Below, one piece after another: positions 43,611-51,781 of a DNA stretch of 64,000 nt; within the stretch, counting starts at the first letter, position 1; every line of letters begins with the position of its first letter. The stretch lies in the NCBI GenBank assembly GCA_044344255.1, contig JBIJDH010000006.1:192001-256000 (forward strand), read 5' to 3'. Made by a program: the position numbers and the translations under genes. Origin of the DNA: Myxococcota bacterium. GTDB taxonomy: Bacteria > Myxococcota_A > UBA796 > UBA2385. The notes under the pieces were generated by a model. That model did not search any database and was not told where the DNA came from. It saw nothing but the letters and a program-made list of their open reading frames with translations.

Positions 43611-43686
43611 CAATTTTCACGGAGTGAAAACTGTTTCTTCCTGAAATCTTGAGCAGTACGAACCATTTGCGGGCGCCCCTCGATAA
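43611..43686 (+). promoter_or_regulatory. AT-rich cas promoter region with candidate operators
   Basis: Palindrome TTTTCAC-GGA-GTGAAAA at 43614-43630; motif at 43654-43686 shared with the WYL upstream region. Confidence 0.55.
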
Positions 43687-43775
43687 CAGTGGTGACCGCG
43701 CCTCCTGGTCGGGGCCTGATCTTCACCGAAGCTGCCTGGCCTCCATCCTTTCTGAGGTACACCTTGGAGAACTCG

Positions 43776-46166
43776 ATGATCTTCGAAGACTGGTTCAAAG
43801 CGGCCACGGGGAGTCCACCCTTCCCCTACCAGGCCGCCTTGGCGACCGGGGCCTCCCTTCCCCACCAGCTCTCGGTGCCCACCGGCCTCGGCAAGACCGC
43901 GGCCGTCGCCCTCGGGTGGCTGTGGCGGCGCCGCTTCGCAGGGGATCCCGCTCTGCGGGCCGCGACGCCCCGTCGCCTCGTCTATTGCCTGCCGGTGCGC
44001 AGCCTTGTCGAGCAGACCGAGCAGGCGCTGCGGGGCTGGCTGCGGAACCTGGGCGTCGAAGACGTCGCGGTGCACGCGCTCATGGGCGGCCGGGTCAGCG
44101 ACCCCTGGGATGAGACCCCCGCGGCGGACGCGGTGCTGATCGGCACACAAGACCAGCTCCTGAGCCGCGCGCTCAACCGCGGCTATGGGATGAGCCGCTT
44201 TCGCTGGCCCGTGCACTTCGCCTGGCTCCACAACGACGCCCTCTGGATCTTCGACGAGGTGCAGCTCATGGGCGTGGGCGCCTCGACCGGGGCCCAGCTT
44301 CAGGGGCTCCGGGACAAGCTCGGCACCGCGCGGCCCACGCACACGATGTGGGTGACCGCGACCCCCGCTCCGGCGCGCCTCGCCACCATCGACGCGGTGT
44401 GGCCCCTGCGGGCGTTGGGGCTCGGCGCGGGTGACCTCGCCCACCCGGTCGCCCTGGACCGCCTCGGGGCCCGGAAGCGCCTCTTGCGGATCGCGGCGGC
44501 GGAGCGGCTCGACCCTGCGCGCTGGCCGGCGCTGATCGCGGAGGCGGTCGTCCAGCACCGCGCGGCGGGAGAGCGCTGCCTCGTCGTGCTCAACCAGGTG
44601 GCCCGGGCCCAGGCGGTCTTCGAGCAGCTCCGCAAGCGGGGCGTGGAGGCCCGGCTCCTTCATTCTCGCTTCCGGGCCGGAGATCGGGCCCGCAGCCAGG
44701 CGGCGGCGCTCGATCCAGCCTACCGGGGGGTGATCGTCACCACCCAGGCGATTGAGGCCGGCGTCGACCTGTCTGCCGCGACCCTCCTCACCGAGGCCTG
44801 CCCCTGGTCCTCCTTCGTCCAGCGGGTCGGGCGCTGCAACCGGTATGGCGAGCACCCGCAGGCCACCGTGGTCTGGCTCGGCCTCCCCGCCGACGACAAG
44901 GTGTGCGCGCCCTACACGGCCGAGGAGCTCGCGCTGGCGGAGGTGAAGCTGGAGGGCTTGGAGGATGTCGGGCCCTCCTCCCTCGCCCATGTGCCGATGC
45001 CGGACGGCGAGCCCGCGCTGCCGGTGCTGCGACGGAGAGACCTGCTCGGCCTCTTTGACACCGAGGCCGACCTGTCGGGCCTCGATCTCGATGTCTCCGC
45101 CTATGTGAGAGACACGGAGGACGCCGACGTCTCCGTGGCCTGGCGGGCCTTCGACCCCGAGCGGGGGCCGAGCCCGGATGACCCCGCGCCCCACCAGGAT
45201 GAGCTCTGTCGGGTGCGCCTGAGCCGCTTGCGCGAGCTGCTGAAGCGGGCCACGGCCTGGCGCTGGAGCAGCCTCGAGGGCGAGTGGCTGGCGGCCGACA
45301 GCTTCCGGATCGCCCCCGGTCAGACGCTGCTCCTCTCCTGCGCCGCGGGCGGCTACGACGCGGCGCTCGGCTTCACGGGTGAGGCCGCCCACACGCCCGC
45401 GCCGGTCGATCGGCCCGGCCGAGCGATGGACCACGACGAGGCGGACGGGGCCGATCCCCTCAGCCACCTCGGGGCCTATGTGAGCCTCCGCGTCCACAGC
45501 GAGGACACCGCGGCGGCGATGGTGCGGCTCTCGGCTGCCCTCTCCGATTCAGCCACCACGCCCTGGGCCGAGCTCTGTCGCGCCGCGCGGTGGCATGACC
45601 TCGGCAAGGCCCACCCCGTCTTTCAGGAGATGCTGACCGCCGGGCTGCCCGAGGCCGACGCGCGGCGCGCGGAGGGGCCCTGGGCGAAGTCCGACGGGGT
45701 GAGCGGCGGGCGCAGCCGGCGCCCCCACTTCCGCCATGAGCTGGCCAGCGCCATCGCCTTCCTCGCGCAGGGGGCGACAGACCTCGAGGCCTACGTGGTC
45801 GCGGCCCACCACGGCAAGGCGCGCCTGACCATCCGCAGCCGGCCTACCGAGCGCCCGGTCGCGCGGCGCGGCAAGCCCCTGCTCGGCCTCCTCGACGGGG
45901 ACACCCTCCCCACCGTTGACCTCGGCGGCGGCGAGGTCAGCGCCGCGACCACGCTCAGCCTCGACCGCTTCGCGCTCGGCGGGGGGGCGGCGGCCCGGAG
46001 CTGGATGTCCCTCGGGCAGGGCCTGCTCGCCGCGCAGGGGCCCTTTCGCCTCGCCTGGGCGGAGGCCCTGCTGCGGGTCGCCGACTGGGAGGCCAGCCGC
46101 CTCCGAATGACCGGTGCGCTGGGGCCCACAGGGTCCGACCTCGATCGGGTTGGAGGTGCCAATTGA
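43776..46166 (+). CDS. cas3: type I-G (I-U) Cas3 helicase/nuclease with C-terminal HD domain
   Basis: PFPYQ, VPTGLGKT, GTQDQLLSRALNRGY, FDEVQL, LLHSRFR, TQAIEAGVD, QRVGRCNRYG, then WHDLGK, RHELAS, HHGK. Confidence 0.95.
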   Translation: MIFEDWFKAATGSPPFPYQAALATGASLPHQLSVPTGLGKTAAVALGWLWRRRFAGDPALRAATPRRLVYCLPVRSLVEQTEQALRGWLRNLGVEDVAVHALMGGRVSDPWDETPAADAVLIGTQDQLLSRALNRGYGMSRFRWPVHFAWLHNDALWIFDEVQLMGVGASTGAQLQGLRDKLGTARPTHTMWVTATPAPARLATIDAVWPLRALGLGAGDLAHPVALDRLGARKRLLRIAAAERLDPARWPALIAEAVVQHRAAGERCLVVLNQVARAQAVFEQLRKRGVEARLLHSRFRAGDRARSQAAALDPAYRGVIVTTQAIEAGVDLSAATLLTEACPWSSFVQRVGRCNRYGEHPQATVVWLGLPADDKVCAPYTAEELALAEVKLEGLEDVGPSSLAHVPMPDGEPALPVLRRRDLLGLFDTEADLSGLDLDVSAYVRDTEDADVSVAWRAFDPERGPSPDDPAPHQDELCRVRLSRLRELLKRATAWRWSSLEGEWLAADSFRIAPGQTLLLSCAAGGYDAALGFTGEAAHTPAPVDRPGRAMDHDEADGADPLSHLGAYVSLRVHSEDTAAAMVRLSAALSDSATTPWAELCRAARWHDLGKAHPVFQEMLTAGLPEADARRAEGPWAKSDGVSGGRSRRPHFRHELASAIAFLAQGATDLEAYVVAAHHGKARLTIRSRPTERPVARRGKPLLGLLDGDTLPTVDLGGGEVSAATTLSLDRFALGGGAAARSWMSLGQGLLAAQGPFRLAWAEALLRVADWEASRLRMTGALGPTGSDLDRVGGAN

Positions 46167-47253
46167 GCCTCGTCGTCCTGAGCGGCTGCCGCCCTGAGCC
46201 CCTCGCGGGCTACCTGAAGGCCCTGGGCGCCCTGCGCCTCGTCTCCGAGCAGGTCGATCCCGCCGCCCGCGGCGCCTGGGTGGGCGGGGTCTTCCACCTG
46301 GAGTCCACCCTCACCGAGGCGGGGCTGGTCGACTTCTTCGCCCGGCGCTACGCGCCCACCCCCGTGATCACGCCCTGGAACGGCGGATCGGGCTTCTGGC
46401 CGGGTGACAACCAGTCTGGGATCTCGCCGATCCGCGTGTCGGACAGCCCTCGTTTTGAGGCCTATCGGTCCGCGATCACCGTCGCGGAGGCCCACATCCG
46501 CCGCTCCGGCCTCGAGGAGCGCCCGGACAGCAAGCAGAAGACGGCCTTCGTGAGCCGCCTCCGGGCGACCCTGTCCGACGCCGTGCTCGCCTGGCTCGAC
46601 GCCGCCCTTGTCTTCAGCCGGGAGACGCTCGTCTTTCCGCCGCTGCTCGGCACCGGCGGGAATGACGGGCGGCTCGACTTCGCCAATAACTTCATGCAGC
46701 GGTTGTCCGAGGAGCTCCTCGCCCCCAATGCTACGCCAGAGGCTGCTCTCCGCGGCGCGCTCTTCGGCGGTCCGACGATGGGCCTCGGGGATGCGGCGAT
46801 TGGGCAGTTTTTTCCCTCTGCGGCTGGTGGTGCAAACTGCGGGCCTGGTTTCGAAGGGTCCGTCGGCACCAACCCCTGGGATTTCATCCTCCTTGTGGAA
46901 GGAGCCGTGTGCTTCGCAGCTGCGGTCGCTCGGAAGTGGGAGAGTGGATCACACTCGGCAATGGTGTTTCCCTTCTCGGTTCGGTCGACCGCTGCAGGAT
47001 TTGGCTCTGCCGCGGCTGGCGAGACCAAGTCGAAGGATGAGCTTTGGCTGCCGATTTGGTCGGCGCCTTCGACCTGGATGGAAGTGGCAACCGTCATTCG
47101 GGAGGGCAGGAGTCGTGTGGGGCGCCGACCGAGTGTTACCGGAGCTGACTTCGCGCGGTCTCTGGCTTCGCTGGGAGTGGACCGTGGAATCGCTTCTTTC
47201 TCTCGTTTCGCGTTTCACAAGAGAAATGGCGAGTCTTACCAAGCGGTTCCCCC
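46163..47253 (+). pseudogene. csx17: type I-G large subunit Csx17/Cas8g, 3'-truncated by an IS
   Basis: LSGCRPEPLAGYLKALG, TPWNGGSGF, PLLGTGGNDGRLDF, NPWDFILLVEGA, ELWLPIW, LGVDRGI; homology stops at the IS end at 47254 and the ORF stops at 47302 inside the IS. Confidence 0.88.
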
Positions 47254-49963
47254 CCACGGGATCCGGAACCGTTACATCAGCCGGGAACGGGCGTTATTTT
47301 AACTTATCGACGAACTTGGGGCTGGTATCCTGGTCTTCGGCCCTCAGGAACGACAGCAGACCCTATCCGGCGATGGTCGGGCGGGACTATGCCTATTCGT
47401 GTGGCACTAGTTCTATAGGACAATCCTTTCGGAGATGAGCCGCAGACACACTTCTCCGAGGCCGGGCAGTTCCAGCCTGTTGAGAGACCCCGTCGACTCA
47501 GTTGCGAGGGACGGGTGGCGGACCGAAGGTGAAGCCCTGCCGTGGTCCCCCCAGCGTCGGCAGTCGGCTCCCCTTTCTCGCGGTCAGACAGACCGTGGCA
47601 TCGGGAGGGAGGGCGTAGCGTTCCAGCTTCTGACGGCGAGTCAGGCGTGCGTGGCGGCGCTCCTCATTGGTCGCGACATGGAGCGGGTGCCGCTTCTTCT
47701 CCTCCGTCGTGGTGACCGTGATCTCCACGTATATGTTCGCGGTGGTTCGACGCCAGACCTTTCGCGCTCGGGCGAGGTTATAGAACGGCCCAGAGGCCGC
47801 GTGTGGCCCTCCGTGGATCGTGTCGTCTGGGAGGGTGACCGGCATGACTCGGCGAGTCGGACGTCTCCTGGAGCGCTTCACCGGCGGATTCGCTCTCTTC
47901 CTCTCTTCGGCCCGTTCCTTGGTCCTCTCTGTGGCGCGTTCGGAGTGGACTGCGCGGAGGAGCGGCTCTAACGCCTGCGCATCCTCGGTGGGCACAGAGA
48001 TGGACTTCAGCTTGATCTGTTCCTCGTTTTCGGAGTCCAGACAGGTAGCTCGGACCGGACAGGTGGAGCAGGTGTTGGGCAGGGCGCGGAAGAGGATGTT
48101 GGCGTGCGGGCCGACTCGTATCGTGCTCGGGACCAGTCGCTGTCCGTTCGGGCATCGGAGGGCGCACTCTTCGGCCTGGAAGCTCCAGCCCGGGTGCCGA
48201 GCTTCCCACTTCGCCCATCCGAGCGTGGACAGGCCCTTGGCGAGGGCTCGCTCGGTTTCCGTCTGCGGACGGGGCGGTGCCGTTTGGATCTCTTGCGGCC
48301 TCGGCTCGGCGGCGGTGGTCTGTGGCGCATCGGGAGGGTGACCCTTCGGTTCGGACTCCGACGAGGGGAGAGGCTCCCAGCTCACGGGGCGCGGGTCCAC
48401 CTCGACCACTCGCGCGATGAAGGCGGTCATGTCCTTGTCCTTTGTGTGGAGGCGGACGCCCGCGGCGACTTGGTAGTTCCATACGAACAGGCCGGCGACC
48501 GAGGCGAGCTCCTGGCCGCCGTTCTGGTAGCTGAAGATCTGGTCGAGGCCGAGCTCGCGATCCTCCTGTGCGAATCGATTCTCGATGGTGCAACGCCCGA
48601 AGTAGAGCTGAACCAACTCGGGCGCGGGCCAAGCGGCCGGCTCGAGCCCGATGGAGACGAACAGCTCGTACTTCCAGCCGTTGATCAGGCGCCCGTGGTC
48701 GGCCTTGTCGGACTTCTTGCCCTTGCTGTCTTCCGCTCTCCAGGGGACGCGGGTGACCACCACGCGAGCCGTCACGGACGGGTAGGGCGAGCCATCGGCC
48801 CGCGACGATCCGTCGGCTGGGTGCAGCGTGATTATGCCGAGGTCGAGGGCCGACCGCTTCGGTCCGGAGCGACAGTCGGGGACGAACCGCCATTGTCCGT
48901 GAGTCATCCGCTCCCGAATGTCGGGCTGTTCGAGGAGCGTGTATCGGGACAGCCTGCTCACGCAGGGGACCCCAGCCTGCTGACAGGCGAACAGATCGGG
49001 TACGTTGCCGTACTCGCCGTCCATGCGCATGACGACGCGGTTCTTGGGGTGGTGGAGCTCCGTACACAGGAGCTCGACGGCCTGAAGTGCAGATGCGAGC
49101 TCCGCGGCCTTGTCGCCATTGCCGGGCGCGACGCGGGCGTCGAGCCAGACCCCGGCGTCGTGCTCCAGCGCCGAGCGGTGCACGACGATGTCACCGCGCT
49201 TTTGCCCGAGGTACCCTGGCTTGCCGAGCTCGAGGGCGCGCCGCCGAATGGGGTCGAGGTCCTCGCCCTCCTCCGGCGCGCGCTGCCGCAGCGCGGTGCG
49301 GGTCCCGTCGAAGCTGAGCGCGTGCCACGCTTCTCCCTGGGTATCCCGAAGCTGCGCCCACGGATGGCGCAAGACCTCGATGGCTCCACTGTGGACGAGG
49401 AGCAGGCGGTGGCAGGAGGCGCGAACCAGCTCGGGTGTCACGAGATCAAGCACCCTGGACAGAGGGGAGGTGCTCATCAGGCGCTTCCGGCCGGCCAGGG
49501 CGCCCAGCGCACGCCGAGCCTTGGACTCGCAGACCGCCTGGTAGACGTCCTTCAGACTGACGACGCCGTAGAGGAACCGCACCAGCAGAAAGATGAAGGC
49601 GTCTACCCCGTCGAATCCGCCCTGACGGACCACATGGAGCTCGACCGCCAGCACCGCGAACAGCCCTCGCTGCCGAAGGTCGGCGAGCACGCTCGCCGCG
49701 CCGGTGAGCTGGGGATGGAGCTCCGCCCGCTCCGTGCGCTTACCCTGGACATCAACCGCCGCTTCTGCCATGGTGGACCTCGCCGCTGTCGTCCCCTCCA
49801 TCGGTCGGTTTCTTTCATTTGGGGCCGAACGATGGGAGCCCAGGCCGACCTCGCCCGCCGAGGCCGCTCCCGGGACGACATCGGTCTACCATGCGAGCAA
49901 AGTGGGTCGCGCCGCGCGAAAGAATAGGGTAGAGGCGGGTATTGTTGGATCCGGATTCCGTGG
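47254..49963 (-). mobile_element. insertion sequence of about 2.7 kb (DDE type, IS1380/IS4-like, family uncertain)
   Basis: Terminal inverted repeats CCACGGGATCCGGAACC (47254-47270) and reverse complement of 49947-49963 (CCACGGAATCCGGATCC), 15/17 identical, enclosing one long ORF. Confidence 0.85.
47498..49801 (-). CDS. DDE transposase (767 aa) with Cys-rich C-terminal extension
   Basis: LSFDGT, RMDGEYG, LYFGRCTIENRF (Y-x2-R-x3-E); CPNG and CSTCPVRATC. Confidence 0.82.
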   Translation of the reverse strand: MEGTTAARSTMAEAAVDVQGKRTERAELHPQLTGAASVLADLRQRGLFAVLAVELHVVRQGGFDGVDAFIFLLVRFLYGVVSLKDVYQAVCESKARRALGALAGRKRLMSTSPLSRVLDLVTPELVRASCHRLLLVHSGAIEVLRHPWAQLRDTQGEAWHALSFDGTRTALRQRAPEEGEDLDPIRRRALELGKPGYLGQKRGDIVVHRSALEHDAGVWLDARVAPGNGDKAAELASALQAVELLCTELHHPKNRVVMRMDGEYGNVPDLFACQQAGVPCVSRLSRYTLLEQPDIRERMTHGQWRFVPDCRSGPKRSALDLGIITLHPADGSSRADGSPYPSVTARVVVTRVPWRAEDSKGKKSDKADHGRLINGWKYELFVSIGLEPAAWPAPELVQLYFGRCTIENRFAQEDRELGLDQIFSYQNGGQELASVAGLFVWNYQVAAGVRLHTKDKDMTAFIARVVEVDPRPVSWEPLPSSESEPKGHPPDAPQTTAAEPRPQEIQTAPPRPQTETERALAKGLSTLGWAKWEARHPGWSFQAEECALRCPNGQRLVPSTIRVGPHANILFRALPNTCSTCPVRATCLDSENEEQIKLKSISVPTEDAQALEPLLRAVHSERATERTKERAEERKRANPPVKRSRRRPTRRVMPVTLPDDTIHGGPHAASGPFYNLARARKVWRRTTANIYVEITVTTTEEKKRHPLHVATNEERRHARLTRRQKLERYALPPDATVCLTARKGSRLPTLGGPRQGFTFGPPPVPRN

Positions 49964-51539
49964 TATTCCCGGCGGTAGACGCCGGGCCCCATTGAAGCAC
50001 GGGCAGGTCACAGGTCTTAGCCGCGCGCTTCACTGCCCATTCCCGGCGGTAGACGCCGGGCCCCATTGAAGCGCCGTCGCTTCGTTCACCAGTCACCCCC
50101 AGCACCTACCATTCCCGGCGGTAGACGCCGGGCCCCATTGAAGCCCGGCCCGGGCCCGGTCTGCCCACTTGCCGGCCCTGCGCCCATTCCCGGCGGTAGA
50201 CGCCGGGCCCCATTGAAGCAACCACTTATCATTAAAATAAAAAAAAGTATTCACCATTCCCGGCGGTAGACGCCGGGCCCCATTGAAGCCGGTTCAGGGG
50301 ACCGACGTTCACGATCTCGATCCCGATCCATTCCCGGCGGTAGACGCCGGGCCCCATTGAAGCGACGTTGGAGCGGGGCCCCGATCGTCGTAGCGCTCTG
50401 ACCATTCCCGGCGGTAGACGCCGGGCCCCATTGAAGCGTCCGGTCGTAGAAGCGCCAGACGGTGACCCAGCGGTCCCCATTCCCGGCGGTAGACGCCGGG
50501 CCCCATTGAAGCAGGCCCTTCTTCTGGTCGGACCATACGGCCCGCGCCAGCCCATTCCCGGCGGTAGACGCCGGGCCCCATTGATGCCTCACGACATGTT
50601 TGTGGGTAAGCTTCGGCCTGGCGACCCATTCCCGGCGGTAGACGCCGGGCCCCATTGAAGCGGGATGACGATTACCGTCTTCTGCATTTTCTAAATGCCC
50701 ATTCCCGGCGGTAGACGCCGGGCCCCATTGAAGCGGAAAGAAAGTTTCAGAAATAGCTAGAACATTAGGAACCCATTCCCGGCGGTAGACGCCGGGCCCC
50801 ATTGAAGCGCGGCGATGCGGTCGACCAGGAGCGACTCCACCTGGGCCCATTCCCGGCGGTAGACGCCGGGCCCCATTGAAGCGCCGGGCAGGTCTTGACC
50901 ATCACTGGGCTCGGCGAGCCCATTCCCGGCGGTAGACGCCGGGCCCCATTGAAGCATCGCATCGAACAGCCCCTTGACCGCCTTCTCCGCGTGCCCAATT
51001 CCCGGCGGTAGACGCCGGGCCCCATTGAAGCAAGGGGCAACGGAAGGTGCGCCCTGAGAATCTCGCGGCTCCCATTCCCGGCGGTAGACGCCGGGCCCCA
51101 TTGAAGCTATCGCTCTATCACTCTATCGCTTGCGGCCCCCCATTCCCGGCGGTAGACGCCGGGCCCCATTGAAGCTGCGGGGCCCTCGCCGGGCTTCTCA
51201 TCCGGTACGGGCTCCCCATTTTCGGCGGTAGACGCCGGGCCCCATTGAAGCAAGGCCCGCGCCGCTCGGATGTCGGTGAATCGCCCGACCCATTCCCGGC
51301 GGTAGACGCCGGGCCCCATTGAAGCCGGGGGCCGCCCTTCCCTCCGGGGACGGTCCAGTGGTGCTCATTCCCGGCGGTAGACGCCGGGCCCCATTGAAGC
51401 TCCCGGATCATCAACCCCTTCGGCAGCTCGCCGACGGTGCCCATTCCCGGCGGTAGACGCCGTGCCCCATTGAAGCGTGAGATCCTCCGGAGACAGCGCC
51501 GCGATCATGCGGCACCCCATTCCCGGCGGTAGACGCCGG
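49964..51539 (+). CRISPR. type I-G CRISPR array: 21 complete or near-complete 36-nt repeats, one 3'-truncated terminal repeat and 21 spacers of 32-40 nt
   Basis: Repeat CCATTCCCGGCGGTAGACGCCGGGCCCCATTGAAGC with hairpin CCCGGCG/CGCCGGG and ATTGAAGC 3' end; variant repeats cluster to the right, placing the trailer there. Confidence 0.99.
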
Positions 51540-51781
51540 AGGGTTATCGGATGAAGGTTCATTCAGATATTGATAGACCCTCTCGATGGGGTATCGGTAC
51601 TGATCGAAATATTCGTATCAAGGAAACAGGTTGGACAACAGAAGACCGCTTGATTCTTGCGGTCAATCTGCGACGATTTCAGAGTCGAATTGACAGCCTG
51701 TGACGAGGATCAGCCCGCCAGAGAGGCGTGTCTGAGCCTCCCGACCCTGTCGTCGAGGTCCCGGAGTCCCCCTTGTAGCGG

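Noticed and set aside
47300..47410. In-frame LIDELG after the csx17 stop, suggesting a simple nonsense mutation
   Set aside because: It lies inside the IS as defined by the inverted repeat at 47254 and no further Csx17-like sequence follows; probably chance
49999..51516. Self-targeting spacers within the window
   Set aside because: No match seen by eye; this was not an exhaustive search and the rest of the genome is untested
49815..51562. Short ORFs with repeated MGPGVYRREW or QWGPASTAGN peptides
   Set aside because: These are translations of the CRISPR repeats
51540..51700. AT-rich block as the CRISPR leader
   Set aside because: Repeat polarity and the clustering of variant repeats put this at the trailer end
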